A stretch of 64,000 bases of DNA, from positions 2,595 through 66,594 of the forward strand of contig DSEL01000185.1 in the NCBI GenBank assembly GCA_011056645.1, written 5' to 3'. The number at the start of each line of letters is the position of its first letter. The first letter of the stretch is position 1. Below, in pieces: positions 19,885 to 30,179 of the stretch. The stretch comes from Candidatus Sediminicultor quartus (GTDB lineage: Bacteria > Atribacterota > Phoenicimicrobiia > Phoenicimicrobiales > Phoenicimicrobiaceae). A program made the position numbers and the translations under genes. The notes below the pieces were generated by a model. The model made no database searches. It was not told where the DNA came from and saw nothing but the letters and a program-made list of their open reading frames with translations.

Positions 19885-20045
19885 TATAAAGAAAGCCTTG
19901 ATTTCTTTGTGAATATGCTTTCCAATTATATTTGGTACAATAAGGTTGTTTTTGTTATTTCAGTTAAGGCTAAATTAGAAATTAATTCAGGAAAAATATA
20001 AGCATTTTTTAAAATCCCTACTAAAATTTTATACTACTGAATCGT

Positions 20046-20852
20046 CTAATCCATATAATATCCACCATTGATATTAATCGTTTCTCCTGTAATAAAAGCA
20101 GAGGCATCCGATAATAAAAACAACACTGCCGATGATACATCTTCAACCGTTCCTAAACGTCTAACTGGTATTAACTCTCTCATCTTATTTTTCTTTTCTT
20201 CATCCCAACCATTCATGATAGATGTCATTATAGCATGAGGTGCTACTGCATTAACGTTAATACCATAAGGACCTAATTGCCTGGCTAATGATTTGGTTAA
20301 AGTAATTATTCCACCTTTTGAAGCCCCATAACATGGTGAAGTATTATTATCTCCTCGTTTCCCAGTGATGGAAGAAATATTTACAATTCGTCCGTACTGA
20401 TTTTTTTTCATGAAAGGCACAACTTCGCGAACACAATACATAACTCCTTTTAAATTAACTGACAATATTTTTTCTAGGATATCATCTGTGGTATCTTCAA
20501 TAGAAGCATAACTCAAAATCCCAGCATTATTTATTAATAAATCAATTTTACCAAAATAATTTATGGTTTCTTTTACTACCTTACTTACCTGATTACTTTT
20601 GGAAACATCAGCTTGAAAGATAATAATTTTATTATTATTAAAGTTAAGCTCTTCTTTTAAATTATTTACTTGTTCTTCCTTAATATCAAAAGCAGCAATT
20701 TTTGCTCCCTCTGAATACAAATCTAAGGCTATTTGTTTACCTATCCCTTGGCCTGCACCAGATATTATGGCAACCTTACCTTCAAAGCATCTCTTAAACA
20801 AGTTATCTTCCTTCGTTTTTTTATGAACCACCCTTTTTAAAATTAACCTCAC
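20046..20852 (-). CDS. SDR family oxidoreductase
   Basis: KVAIISGAGQGIGKQ, NNAG, and YGASK motifs. Last gene of the long BMC-associated transcription unit. Confidence 0.8.
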   Translation of the reverse strand: MRLILKRVVHKKTKEDNLFKRCFEGKVAIISGAGQGIGKQIALDLYSEGAKIAAFDIKEEQVNNLKEELNFNNNKIIIFQADVSKSNQVSKVVKETINYFGKIDLLINNAGILSYASIEDTTDDILEKILSVNLKGVMYCVREVVPFMKKNQYGRIVNISSITGKRGDNNTSPCYGASKGGIITLTKSLARQLGPYGINVNAVAPHAIMTSIMNGWDEEKKNKMRELIPVRRLGTVEDVSSAVLFLLSDASAFITGETININGGYYMD

Positions 20853-20854
20853 TT

Positions 20855-21574
20855 TTAATAAGTTTTTATCATTTTTCTAAATTCATCCATAATTTTTACT
20901 CCAGAATTAGTACCTATCCTGTCTGCTCCATTGCTTATTAATCTCAAAGTATCTTTTAAATTTTTGATTCCTCCCGCAGCTTTTACTTGGCAATAATCTT
21001 TTACAATACTTTTTATTAACCTTACATCATCCACTGTTGCTCCTTTTTTACCAAATCCGGTAGAGGTTTTAATAAAATTTACACCAGTATTCAAAGCACA
21101 TTTGCAAATATTAATTTTTTCATTCTTATTTAAATAACATGTTTCTATGATTAATTTTGTAGTCCTACCCTCTGCAGCTTTTACCAGTTCCTTTAATTCA
21201 TTCTCAATATAAAAATAATCTTGAGATTTTAATCTCCCAATGTTAATTACAAAATCCAATTCATCCGCTCCTGAATTAATAGCATCTTCTATTTCTACTG
21301 CCTTACAAAAAACTGAAGTTAACCCTAAAGGAAAACCGATAGCGCAGCATAATTTCGTATTACTTTTATTAGTAATACATTTGGCAATGGAAGCGAATCC
21401 AGAATTGACTGCTACAGAGGCAAACTGGTATTTTACACTTTGATGGCAAAAAGCCTCGATATCTGAAATCTTCATATTAGGTTTTAGAATAGCATTATCT
21501 ATTTTTGAGCTTAAATTTTCATAGGTAAGATTCATTTCGTTTATTAATCTAAACATCTGATTAGAATGAACCAT
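20855..21574 (-). CDS. deoC: deoxyribose-phosphate aldolase (DERA/DeoC), cytosolic form without N-terminal extension
   Basis: 239 aa; class I aldolase motifs ILKP...AVN, GFPLG, FIKTSTGF, and Schiff-base Lys region VKAAGGIK. Confidence 0.8.
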   Translation of the reverse strand: MVHSNQMFRLINEMNLTYENLSSKIDNAILKPNMKISDIEAFCHQSVKYQFASVAVNSGFASIAKCITNKSNTKLCCAIGFPLGLTSVFCKAVEIEDAINSGADELDFVINIGRLKSQDYFYIENELKELVKAAEGRTTKLIIETCYLNKNEKINICKCALNTGVNFIKTSTGFGKKGATVDDVRLIKSIVKDYCQVKAAGGIKNLKDTLRLISNGADRIGTNSGVKIMDEFRKMIKTY

Positions 21575-21629
21575 AATGAATTACCTCTTTGGTTAAAAAT
21601 ATAAATTATAAAAAAGAAAAATATTTACT

Positions 21630-23126
21630 TTAGTTAGCCCAATTTAAAGATCTCTTGACAGCTTTTTTCCAACCACTATATAGTGCTTCTTTTATATCTT
21701 CTTTCATCTTTGGTTCATATACTTTCTCTAATTTCCAATGATGTTCTAACTCTTCTGTGCTGTTCCAAAAATTAACTCCTAAACCAGCAAGGTATGCTGC
21801 TCCTAAAGCTGCCATTTCAATAATAGCTGGTTTTTCTACTGTAACACCTAATATATCAGCTTGAAATTGCATTAAAAAATTACTCTTCGAGGCACCTCCA
21901 TCTACCCTTAAAGTTTTTATTTCCTCACCGGAATCAGTCTTCATTGCTTCTAATACATCTCTGACCTGGTATGCTATAGACTCAAGAGCACTCCTGGTGA
22001 TATGTTCCTTAGTAGTACCTCGAGTAATTCCGATAATTAGTCCTCTGGCAAACATATCCCAATAAGGTGCACAAAGACCCGTAAAAGCAGATACAAAATA
22101 AACACCGCCTGTATCCTTTACCTTTTCAGCTAGTTCATCTGATTCTCTTGCGCTTTTGATTATTCTTAATCCATCTCTTAGCCATTGTATAACCGTACCA
22201 CCATTAAAGACCACCCCTTCTAATGCATAGGTCACCCTTCCCCCAATATTCCAGGCAAGATCAGTGGTAAGTCCATTTCTCGATAAAATCGGCTTTTCTC
22301 CTATATTCATCATTAAAGCAAGCCCTGTACCATAGGTATTTTTTACCATACCAGGTTTAAAACAAATCTGTCCTATAGTAGCTGCATGTTGATCTCCTGC
22401 ATCGCCAGCAATAGGTATTTCTTCTCCAAAAAATACCCGTTTATCAGTTTTGGCCAATATACCACTGGAAGGTAATACGTCAGGCATAATACCTACAGGT
22501 ATATTCAACATATTACATAGTTCATTATCCCACTGAAGTGTATGAATATTAAAAAGCATCGTTCGAGAGGCATTAGAAAAATCTGTCACATGATAAGCTC
22601 CTCCACTTAATTTCCATATAAGCCAGGAATCAATATTCCCCATATATATTTTACCGTTAGCAATCTCCTTTTTTACACCAGGTACATTTTCTATAATCCA
22701 TTTGATTTTCGTAGCCGAAAAATAGGCATCTATCACTAAACCAGTTTTTTTTCTAACTATTTTTTCATAACCTTTATTTTTTAAATCATCGCAGATATCG
22801 GCAGTTCGGCGACACATCCAGACAATAGCATTATAAACTGGTTCTCCTGTATCCTTATTCCATAATACAGTTGTTTCTCTTTGATTGGTTACCCCTATAG
22901 CTGCAATTTCCGCTGGTGAAACATTACCTTTTTTTAATGCTTCTTTTATACACTCCATGGTACTATCCCAATACTCTAACGGCTTATGTTCAACCCATCC
23001 CGGTTTAGGATATATTTGCTGTATTTCTTGATAGGCTATGGAATGTATTTCTCCATTCCGGTTGAATAAAATAACCCTTGTACCACTTGTCCCTTGGTCA
23101 ATAGCCATCACATATTTTTTATCCAT
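21630..23126 (-). CDS. glpK: glycerol kinase (FGGY family), paralog 1
   Basis: YVMAIDQGTSGTRVILF, PGWVEH, and full-length GlpK layout. Start set to ATG 23126 (MDKKYVMAIDQG). Confidence 0.9.
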   Translation of the reverse strand: MDKKYVMAIDQGTSGTRVILFNRNGEIHSIAYQEIQQIYPKPGWVEHKPLEYWDSTMECIKEALKKGNVSPAEIAAIGVTNQRETTVLWNKDTGEPVYNAIVWMCRRTADICDDLKNKGYEKIVRKKTGLVIDAYFSATKIKWIIENVPGVKKEIANGKIYMGNIDSWLIWKLSGGAYHVTDFSNASRTMLFNIHTLQWDNELCNMLNIPVGIMPDVLPSSGILAKTDKRVFFGEEIPIAGDAGDQHAATIGQICFKPGMVKNTYGTGLALMMNIGEKPILSRNGLTTDLAWNIGGRVTYALEGVVFNGGTVIQWLRDGLRIIKSARESDELAEKVKDTGGVYFVSAFTGLCAPYWDMFARGLIIGITRGTTKEHITRSALESIAYQVRDVLEAMKTDSGEEIKTLRVDGGASKSNFLMQFQADILGVTVEKPAIIEMAALGAAYLAGLGVNFWNSTEELEHHWKLEKVYEPKMKEDIKEALYSGWKKAVKRSLNWAN

Positions 23127-23295
23127 ATTACACCTCATCCTTCCTTACTTTAATAAAGTAATTAAAACTTTATTCAGTAAATGGAATTTTGAAATTATAT
23201 TAGATGAATAAAACTCATAAATAACTTATTGTATTACCGATCTTATCATTACGCCTTCAGCGTTATCTTCTTTAATATCTATATTCTAATTACCT

Positions 23296-24285
23296 TTAAG
23301 GCACGATTGAGATTTTTAGTCCTTTTCCAGAAATTACTTTCTCGAAGGCATTTTCAATTTCTTTCAAACCAAAAGTATGAGTAATTAACCCTCGAATATC
23401 AAATTCTTTTTTACTTAAAATTTCCATTGATTTTATAAATTGTAAAATAGTTGATCCTGTGGTTGCTGTTATATTTAACTGTCTGTAGTGAACAATATTA
23501 GACTTAAACATAATACTATCTTTACCTTCGGGTAGTCCTCCAAAAAAATTAATCCTTCCCAACTTAGCGGCTAAATCCAGGACCTCCTCTTGAACAGATG
23601 GAATTGAACAAGCAGTTATGATAACATCAGCTCCTTTTCCAGCAGTATGAATAAATACTTCCTCTTTTAAATTAACTCTCGAGGGATTTAAAATAATATC
23701 TGCTCCATATTTTTTAGCTAATTTTAATCTATCGTCACTAATATCCGAAATTATTAGCTTTCTTGCTCCAGCAATTTTAGAAAGAATTAAGTGAAGTAAG
23801 CCCATAGCGCCAGCACCTATAATTAAAACACTATCACTTGGGCCAATTCTCAGAGATTCATAAGCATTGTACACACATGATAAGGGTTCATTTAATGAAG
23901 CTTCAAGAAAATTAAGATTTTCAGGTATTTTAATTAAATTCCCACCAATAATTGCTTTATTTATCACTTTCATATACTCAGCAAATCCACCATTCAGATT
24001 AATTCCGAATGCCTCATAATCATTGCATAGGTTATTATATCCTGCTGCACATAAATAACAATGGCCACATCCAACATTGGGAGCTACAGCAACCCTATCC
24101 CCCAAATTAAATGTAGATATATTTCCCCCTTTTTTAACTACCTCTCCTACAACCTCATGTCCTAAGATTCTATGTTCTCCTTCTTTCATTTGGCGATATC
24201 CATATTTTAATATCTTAATGTCGGTACCACAAATATTACAGGCTTTAACCTTTATTAGTAATTCGTTTTCATTGATTTCCGGCAT
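23296..24285 (-). CDS. zinc-dependent alcohol dehydrogenase (MDR family; sorbitol/threonine-DH-like), paralog 1
   Basis: Catalytic Zn motif CNICGTDIK...GHEVVGEVV, structural Zn Cys cluster CGHCYLCAAG, GAGAMGL NAD motif. Confidence 0.85.
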   Translation of the reverse strand: MPEINENELLIKVKACNICGTDIKILKYGYRQMKEGEHRILGHEVVGEVVKKGGNISTFNLGDRVAVAPNVGCGHCYLCAAGYNNLCNDYEAFGINLNGGFAEYMKVINKAIIGGNLIKIPENLNFLEASLNEPLSCVYNAYESLRIGPSDSVLIIGAGAMGLLHLILSKIAGARKLIISDISDDRLKLAKKYGADIILNPSRVNLKEEVFIHTAGKGADVIITACSIPSVQEEVLDLAAKLGRINFFGGLPEGKDSIMFKSNIVHYRQLNITATTGSTILQFIKSMEILSKKEFDIRGLITHTFGLKEIENAFEKVISGKGLKISIVP

Positions 24286-24633
24286 GGGAATTTCTTCTAC
24301 ATCAATTATGTTCCTACCTTTATAAATTGCAGCTAATATTTTTTTTCGCCCCCTCTTAATTGAATAATAAAAAACGATAATTTAAGGAATTTCTATACTA
24401 AAATTTAGGGAATACTAAAAAGCAAATATATCTATAATTACATTACCACAATACATAATGAGCTAGACCCAGTACTTTAGAAGCATCTTAAGGTTAAAAT
24501 GATGAATGATTATCTTTTTAATTGATACTGATCCATTATTGTTTGAGTCTATCTGTGTCAACATCTTCTTTATTTATTAAATGACCATAATCCATAAAAC
24601 TTTCAATGGTAAATTTTACAGCTTTCATTTCCT

Positions 24634-26148
24634 TCATATACAAATATCTTCTTTTTTATCCCAAACAAGCGATCTCTTAACAGCTCTTTTCCATCCAGCG
24701 TATAATTCTTCTCTCCTATCTTCTTTCATTTTCGGTTCGAATACTTTTGATAACTTCCATTGTTTTGAAATTTCTTCCTTATTCGCCCAGAAACCTATTC
24801 CGAGACCGGCTAAATATGCCGCACCCAATGCTGCCATCTCGGTAACTAATGGCACTTCAATAGGTATACCAAGTAAATCGGATTGAAATTGCATTAGAAA
24901 GTCACTATTAGTTGCTCCACCGTCTACTCTTAATGATTTTGCATTTATACCAGAATCTACTGTCATTGTATCAAGTACGTCTCTTGTCTGATATGCTATA
25001 GCTTCCAAAGCACTCCTTGCGATATGCTCTCTACTAGTCCCCCTGGTAATGCCTATTATCAAACCTCTCGCATACATATCCCAATACGGAGCACATAATC
25101 CGGTAAAGGCTGGAACAAAATATACTCCTCCTGTATCTGCTACTTTTTCTGCAAGCAAGTCACATTCATGAGCAGTTTTAATTATTTTCAATCCATCCCT
25201 TAACCACTGGACTGTTGACCCACCCGCAAACACAACGCCTTCAAGTGCATACTCAACATTATTATTAACCACCCAAGCAATATTGGTGGTCAGACCATTC
25301 TTTGAAAATAAAACCTTTTCTCCAACATTCATCATTAATGCTAATGCAGTGCCATAAGTATTCTTTGCCATTCCCGGCTGAAAGCATACCTGTCCAAAAG
25401 TAGCTGCATGCTGGTCACCAGCATCACCCGCAATAGATATTTCTTCCCCAAAAAATACATCCTTATTCGTTGTCGCCATTATTCCACTTGAAGGTTTTAA
25501 CTGCGGTAAAATATTTACAGGAATATCCAAAATATCAAGCAACTCTTTATCCCACTCAAGAGTATGTATATTTAAAAGCATTGTTCTTGATGCATTTGAA
25601 TAATCCTCTACGTGATAAGCCCCCCCACTTAACTTCCATATAAGCCAGCTATCTATGTTACCCATGCATATTTTTCCTTGCGAAATTTTTTCCTTAACGC
25701 CAGAGACATTTTCAATAATCCATTTAATCTTCGTTCCAGAAAAGTATGCATCGATTAAAAGACCAGTTTTGTTTTTGACAGTATCTTCATATCCTCTTGT
25801 TTTTAACTCTTCACATATACTTGCAGTCTGGCGGCTCTGCCAAACAATTGCATTATAAACAGGTAGCCCAGTATCTTTATCCCACAATACAGTTGTCTCT
25901 CTCTGGCAGGTAATGCCTATCGCTGCTATTTCGCTTGCCTTAACGCCACCTTTTTCGAAAGCTTCCTTTGTGCAAACCATAGTTGTATCCCAATATTCCA
26001 TTGGATCATGTTCAACCCAACCAGGGTTTGGATATATCTGTCTTATCTCTCTATAAGCTTTTGAATGAACTTGGCCTTCATGATTGAATAGAATAACCCG
26101 TGTACCTGTTGTACCTTGGTCAATTGCCATTATATATTTTTTTTCCAT
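24634..26148 (-). CDS. glpK: glycerol kinase (FGGY family), paralog 2
   Basis: YIMAIDQGTTGTRVILF; closely similar to paralog 1 (roughly 70% identity over matched blocks by eye). Confidence 0.9.
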   Translation of the reverse strand: MEKKYIMAIDQGTTGTRVILFNHEGQVHSKAYREIRQIYPNPGWVEHDPMEYWDTTMVCTKEAFEKGGVKASEIAAIGITCQRETTVLWDKDTGLPVYNAIVWQSRQTASICEELKTRGYEDTVKNKTGLLIDAYFSGTKIKWIIENVSGVKEKISQGKICMGNIDSWLIWKLSGGAYHVEDYSNASRTMLLNIHTLEWDKELLDILDIPVNILPQLKPSSGIMATTNKDVFFGEEISIAGDAGDQHAATFGQVCFQPGMAKNTYGTALALMMNVGEKVLFSKNGLTTNIAWVVNNNVEYALEGVVFAGGSTVQWLRDGLKIIKTAHECDLLAEKVADTGGVYFVPAFTGLCAPYWDMYARGLIIGITRGTSREHIARSALEAIAYQTRDVLDTMTVDSGINAKSLRVDGGATNSDFLMQFQSDLLGIPIEVPLVTEMAALGAAYLAGLGIGFWANKEEISKQWKLSKVFEPKMKEDRREELYAGWKRAVKRSLVWDKKEDICI

Positions 26149-26280
26149 CTATTCTCCTCCTTAAAATTATTTAATGCTATTTTTGGGCAAGTTTACATTC
26201 ATATATGGGCAAACTCATGGTATTCTGCCCTTCGATTTTATAAAATTATTAATATTGTTTCTTTTTATCTTTGTTACTTT

Positions 26281-27333
26281 TTATAAATCCGGAATAAATA
26301 AAACTTTATTAAATATCTCTTTTTTATAGTACATCATTTCAAAAAATTCTTTACAATCCTCTAACTTTGCTCGGTGGCTTATTATTGGCTTCACTTTAAT
26401 TTTTCCTTTATCCATGAAATCTAAAGAGGATTTCCATTCATTAACCGGAAGAGGAACAATAGATGAATTCCACGAACCAATAATAAATAATTCTCCTCGG
26501 AGTATCTTATTCACTTCTTTACTGGGAAGCAACAGATCATCGTAAGATATTCCGCAATAAATCACCTTACCCATTTTACTTGCTGATTGAATTGCTTGTA
26601 ATTGAGTTATTTTGTTTCCCGCTAACTCAATAACAATATCTGCTCCTTTGTTATGGGTGTAATCCATTATTGCCTCAATAACATTGTTATTTTTTGCGTT
26701 AATTGCTAAATCGACTCCTATTTTTTTAGCTAAATCTAATTTTTCCTGAAAAATATCTACGGCAATAACTTCGGAACATCCTAAAATTTTTAACCATTGT
26801 ATGGCAATAAGTCCAATAGCCCCTAAACCAAAAACTACTGCTGATTGGCCAGCATTAATATTTGCTTTTCCTATGGCATGTAATGCCACACTTACCGGAT
26901 CAGTCATTGCGCCACTTTCATAATCTACATTTTCAGGTAATTTAAGAAGATTGCTTTCCTTTACTACAATATATTCCGCCATTGCACCGGGAATACGAGA
27001 GCCATAATATAGATAATCATCACAAAGATTATATTTTCCTATTTGACAAAATTCGCACTTTCCACAAGGAATTAATGGCATGGCTGTCACTTTATCTGAT
27101 ACCTTAAAAGAAGAAATGCTTTTACCTATCTCCACTACTTCACCACTAAATTCATGGCCGATGATAATCGGCATTTTGTGAGCTCCCTTAACCATTACTC
27201 TTGGTATATCAGATCCGCAAACCCCACAAGCTTTAACTTTTACAAGTACTTCATTTGAATCTTTTATTTCAGGAACTTCTGTCTCCACGCAACTTAGGTT
27301 TGCGGGAGCAAATAATGTTACTGCTCTCATCAT
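26281..27333 (-). CDS. zinc-dependent alcohol dehydrogenase (MDR family), paralog 2
   Basis: CGVCGSDIP...GHEFSGEVVEIGK, structural Zn site CGKCEFCQIGKYNLC, GLGAIGL NAD motif. Confidence 0.85.
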   Translation of the reverse strand: MMRAVTLFAPANLSCVETEVPEIKDSNEVLVKVKACGVCGSDIPRVMVKGAHKMPIIIGHEFSGEVVEIGKSISSFKVSDKVTAMPLIPCGKCEFCQIGKYNLCDDYLYYGSRIPGAMAEYIVVKESNLLKLPENVDYESGAMTDPVSVALHAIGKANINAGQSAVVFGLGAIGLIAIQWLKILGCSEVIAVDIFQEKLDLAKKIGVDLAINAKNNNVIEAIMDYTHNKGADIVIELAGNKITQLQAIQSASKMGKVIYCGISYDDLLLPSKEVNKILRGELFIIGSWNSSIVPLPVNEWKSSLDFMDKGKIKVKPIISHRAKLEDCKEFFEMMYYKKEIFNKVLFIPDL

Positions 27334-27402
27334 TGTTACTTATTCTCCTTATTAAGTACATTTTAATTTAATTGATTACTTTTTAAATATTAAAATATTG
27401 AT

Positions 27403-28074
27403 TTAATCAAAGAATTTTTTAATAACTCTGGCTAAACATTTGTTACCTACATTTCCGGCATTGGCTTCCTCTATATCTAAATGAAGTGCTAATTTACTTT
27501 TAGAAGAAACCCTGATTACTACATCCTTATAAATAACGCCATGCTCTCCTGATACTTCCACCTTGACTCGATCTTCATCTTTCACACCATAATGTTCTGC
27601 ATCTTCAGGAGCCATATGAATATGCCGCGCGGCTCGAATAGCTCCCTCTGAAAGAGCCAAAACGCCTTTTGGTCCGATAAAAATGATAGGTGGAGAGCCT
27701 TTTATATTCCCCGATATTCGAGTAGGAAGGTCTAATCCTAAAAAATAGCCATCGGTAATAGATAATTCTGCTTGCGTATATTCTCGCAAGGGTCCAAGAA
27801 TTCTTACCTTTTCAATCACTTTCATATTTGCGCTAACTATTCCCACCTGTTCATTGCTGGCAAATTCTCCGGGCTGAGATAAATCACGTAATTTAGTAAG
27901 CTTATAATCCTTTCCAAATAAAACATCCAGGGAATCTCTGGTTAAATGAACATGATGATTGGAGATCTCTACGGGAATAGAAAAAAGATGAGATGATTCT
28001 TTTTTCGGTTTTATTTCTTTATAAATCGTTTCAGTTATCATATCTACAAGTTTTTTATATTCTTGCTCTTCCAT
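27403..28074 (-). CDS. pduL: PduL-type phosphotransacylase (BMC-associated)
   Basis: 223 aa with two PduL/EutD-type repeats, and the signature SNHHVHL in repeat 1 and HIHMAPEDAEHYG in repeat 2. About 25-aa charged N-terminal leader (MEEQEYKKLVDMITETIYKEIKP) before the first repeat. Confidence 0.8.
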   Translation of the reverse strand: MEEQEYKKLVDMITETIYKEIKPKKESSHLFSIPVEISNHHVHLTRDSLDVLFGKDYKLTKLRDLSQPGEFASNEQVGIVSANMKVIEKVRILGPLREYTQAELSITDGYFLGLDLPTRISGNIKGSPPIIFIGPKGVLALSEGAIRAARHIHMAPEDAEHYGVKDEDRVKVEVSGEHGVIYKDVVIRVSSKSKLALHLDIEEANAGNVGNKCLARVIKKFFD

Positions 28075-28121
28075 TTTTTATCACCCTCGACTCATCTATC
28101 CTTTATCATATCAGAATAATA

Positions 28122-28937
28122 TCAGACACTGACAATCTTTACACTGGCACTACAACCCAGCCGGGTTGCCCCAGAGTGAATCATTAATAAAGCATCTTCG
28201 TAAGTACGGATCCCACCCGCTGCTTTAATTCCCATTTTAGGACCAACAGTCCTACGAATCAGAGCAACATCATGGGCAGTAGCTCCGGCGGTAGAAAAAC
28301 CGGTAGATGTCTTTACAAAATCAAAACCAACTTTTTTTACCAATTGAGAAGCTATTACTTTTTCCTCGTCTGATAATAAACAGGTTTCAATTATCGCCTT
28401 GGTAATCGTGGTCTTCCTGCAAGCCGTAAATACTGCTCTTAGATCAGCTTCTACCGTCTTTAGATCACCGTTTCTTAAAGCACCTACATTAATTACCGTA
28501 TCTATTTCACCAGCTCCGTTTTCTATAGCATTACGCGTCTCGTAAGCTTTGGTCCTGCTGTCTGTTGCCCCTAACGGAAATCCCACAACAGCACAGACCT
28601 TGACTCCACTTCCCCGTAATTTTTTAGCACAATAAGACACCCAGGAAGAATTAACACAAACCGTACAAAAACCATACTGAACGGCTTCTTCGCATAATTT
28701 TTTCACCTGAGCTTCTGTTGCGTCAGGCTTTAATAAAGTATGGTCAATATATGGTGCAAGGTCAGCAGGTGTATTAATTTGTATATTGCAACCCACAGAA
28801 GAACCCTGTATGTTTTTATTACCCAAATCAGATTTAAAAGAAAGATTATCAGAAGAAGATGTCTTCTTTAACTTTGATATTATTTCATCACTAATCTTAT
28901 CTATCAACTCTTTTTTATCCATCTTATCTATATCCAT
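28122..28937 (-). CDS. deoC: deoxyribose-phosphate aldolase (DERA) with N-terminal encapsulation-peptide-like extension
   Basis: The DERA core ([11 protein letters not shown]...VCVNSSWV...GFPLGA...VKTSTGF...IKAAGGIRT) is preceded by about 35 extra residues. These form an amphipathic helix [15 protein letters not shown] plus an S/N/G-rich linker. AAGAGGT SD. Confidence 0.85.
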   Translation of the reverse strand: MDIDKMDKKELIDKISDEIISKLKKTSSSDNLSFKSDLGNKNIQGSSVGCNIQINTPADLAPYIDHTLLKPDATEAQVKKLCEEAVQYGFCTVCVNSSWVSYCAKKLRGSGVKVCAVVGFPLGATDSRTKAYETRNAIENGAGEIDTVINVGALRNGDLKTVEADLRAVFTACRKTTITKAIIETCLLSDEEKVIASQLVKKVGFDFVKTSTGFSTAGATAHDVALIRRTVGPKMGIKAAGGIRTYEDALLMIHSGATRLGCSASVKIVSV

Positions 28938-28964
28938 AATTTTAAACCTCTTCTTTTCATATTT

Positions 28965-29528
28965 TTATTTATTTCTTTCTGCAGCCATTATTTTATTAAC
29001 TCTTTTCCAATGTCTTCCACCAGCAAAAGAAGTTTCCAGCCATAGTTTTACCATTTCGCGTAATTCATCCGGAGTGTGTAACGGGCCACCTAAAGTTAAA
29101 ACATTTGCATTATTATGTTCTCTGCTGTTTATAATCGTTTTTTGGTTATAACACAGGGCAGCTCTTATCCCTTTAACTTTATTACAAACCATTGAGGAGC
29201 CAATTCCGGCTCCATCAATCATAATTCCTCTATCGCATTCCCCGCTAGTCACCTTCCTGGCCACTTTAAGGGCAAAATCAGGATAATCGACGCTATCCTT
29301 ACTAAAAGTTCCGACATCTGTCACTCGATAACCAATGGTACGCAAATAATCTCTAATAATTTCCTTGGCCTCAAATCCACCATGATCTGACCCAATAGCT
29401 ACACAACCCACTTTGTCCCGAACATTATTGGGGATAGGTTGGATTTTTTCAGGGGCAGCGGTAGAATATAATCCACTCACCACATTCTGGATAATTTTTA
29501 TTCTATTTATACTATCAGTCATTTTCAT
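28965..29528 (-). CDS. rpiB: RpiB/LacA/LacB-family sugar-phosphate isomerase with N-terminal encapsulation-peptide-like extension
   Basis: RpiB core (VAIGSDHGGF...GIMIDGAGIGSSMVCNKVKGIRAA...ANVLTLGG) starts near residue 38. N-terminal INRIKIIQNVVSGLY helix plus Pro-rich linker. Confidence 0.85.
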   Translation of the reverse strand: MKMTDSINRIKIIQNVVSGLYSTAAPEKIQPIPNNVRDKVGCVAIGSDHGGFEAKEIIRDYLRTIGYRVTDVGTFSKDSVDYPDFALKVARKVTSGECDRGIMIDGAGIGSSMVCNKVKGIRAALCYNQKTIINSREHNNANVLTLGGPLHTPDELREMVKLWLETSFAGGRHWKRVNKIMAAERNK

Positions 29529-29545
29529 TAACCTTATTCTATACT

Positions 29546-29809
29546 TTAATTAATTGTATCAACAATTCCTACAATCATTGTTCTAATCGGGGCTGTCGAA
29601 TTATTTATAATCAAACGAGAAGAATTTCCTTCATCAATCACCAGGACCGTATCTCCCACCCCTGCCTGGACAGTATCCAAAGCCAAAACACTTTCTCCTT
29701 GGAGTTCTTCTTGGTCATTCACCGGCTGAACGATTAAAATCTTATATCCTTGATAAATCGGAAGCTTTATAGTTGAAACTACATTACCAATTACTTTGCC
29801 TAAAATCAT
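29546..29809 (-). CDS. BMC vertex (pentamer) protein, EutN/PduN/CcmL family (BMC-P) 1
   Basis: 87 aa, MILGKVIGNVVSTIK...VQAGVGDTVLV...MIVGIVD; canonical BMC-P. Confidence 0.85.
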   Translation of the reverse strand: MILGKVIGNVVSTIKLPIYQGYKILIVQPVNDQEELQGESVLALDTVQAGVGDTVLVIDEGNSSRLIINNSTAPIRTMIVGIVDTIN

Positions 29810-29811
29810 AA

Positions 29812-30081
29812 TTATTCTCCAATATTTACCTGATCAACTATACCCATAATAGTCAAATCAGAAGGGTTGAACCAATTTTTAAGTCCCAAAGCTGCCTCTC
29901 TGCCACCTTCATAAAAAACAATGTCATTTATACCTGCCTGAACCGTATCGCAAGCTACTACAGGATCACCAATTTCTTCTAATTTTTCATTAAGAGGTTG
30001 GAGTAATAACAGTTTTATATCTTGAAAAGATTCTACTTTCTGGGTACAAACAACATTACCAATAACTTTCCCTAATTTCAT
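29812..30081 (-). CDS. BMC vertex protein, EutN/CcmL family (BMC-P) 2
   Basis: 89 aa, MKLGKVIGNVVCTQK...VQAGINDIVF...IMGIVD. Confidence 0.85.
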   Translation of the reverse strand: MKLGKVIGNVVCTQKVESFQDIKLLLLQPLNEKLEEIGDPVVACDTVQAGINDIVFYEGGREAALGLKNWFNPSDLTIMGIVDQVNIGE

Positions 30082-30144
30082 CTCTATCCTCCAGACAAAA
30101 AGCTAATAAAAAATAAATTAATCGATAGTAAATAATCGTTAGTA

Positions 30145-30165
30145 GGACAGGCCTCTCGCCTGTCT
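30145..30165. repeat. GC-rich hairpin GGACAGGC-ctctc-GCCTGTC in the aldDH to BMC-P intergenic region
   Basis: 7-8 bp GC stem with 5-nt loop, followed on the plus strand by TTTAGTTTTTATT. Its orientation is that of a plus-strand terminator although the flanking genes are minus-strand. Confidence 0.4.
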
Positions 30166-30179
30166 ATTTAGTTTTTATT

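Noticed and set aside
24536-24628. 30-codon minus-strand sORF (MKAVKFTIESFMDYGHLINKEDVDTDRLKQ) starting 5 nt after the GlpK2 stop.
   Set aside because: No convincing SD (AAGGA only 1-2 nt from the ATG), no recognisable motif, and it lies within a probable terminator/promoter gap. Not reportable without conservation evidence.
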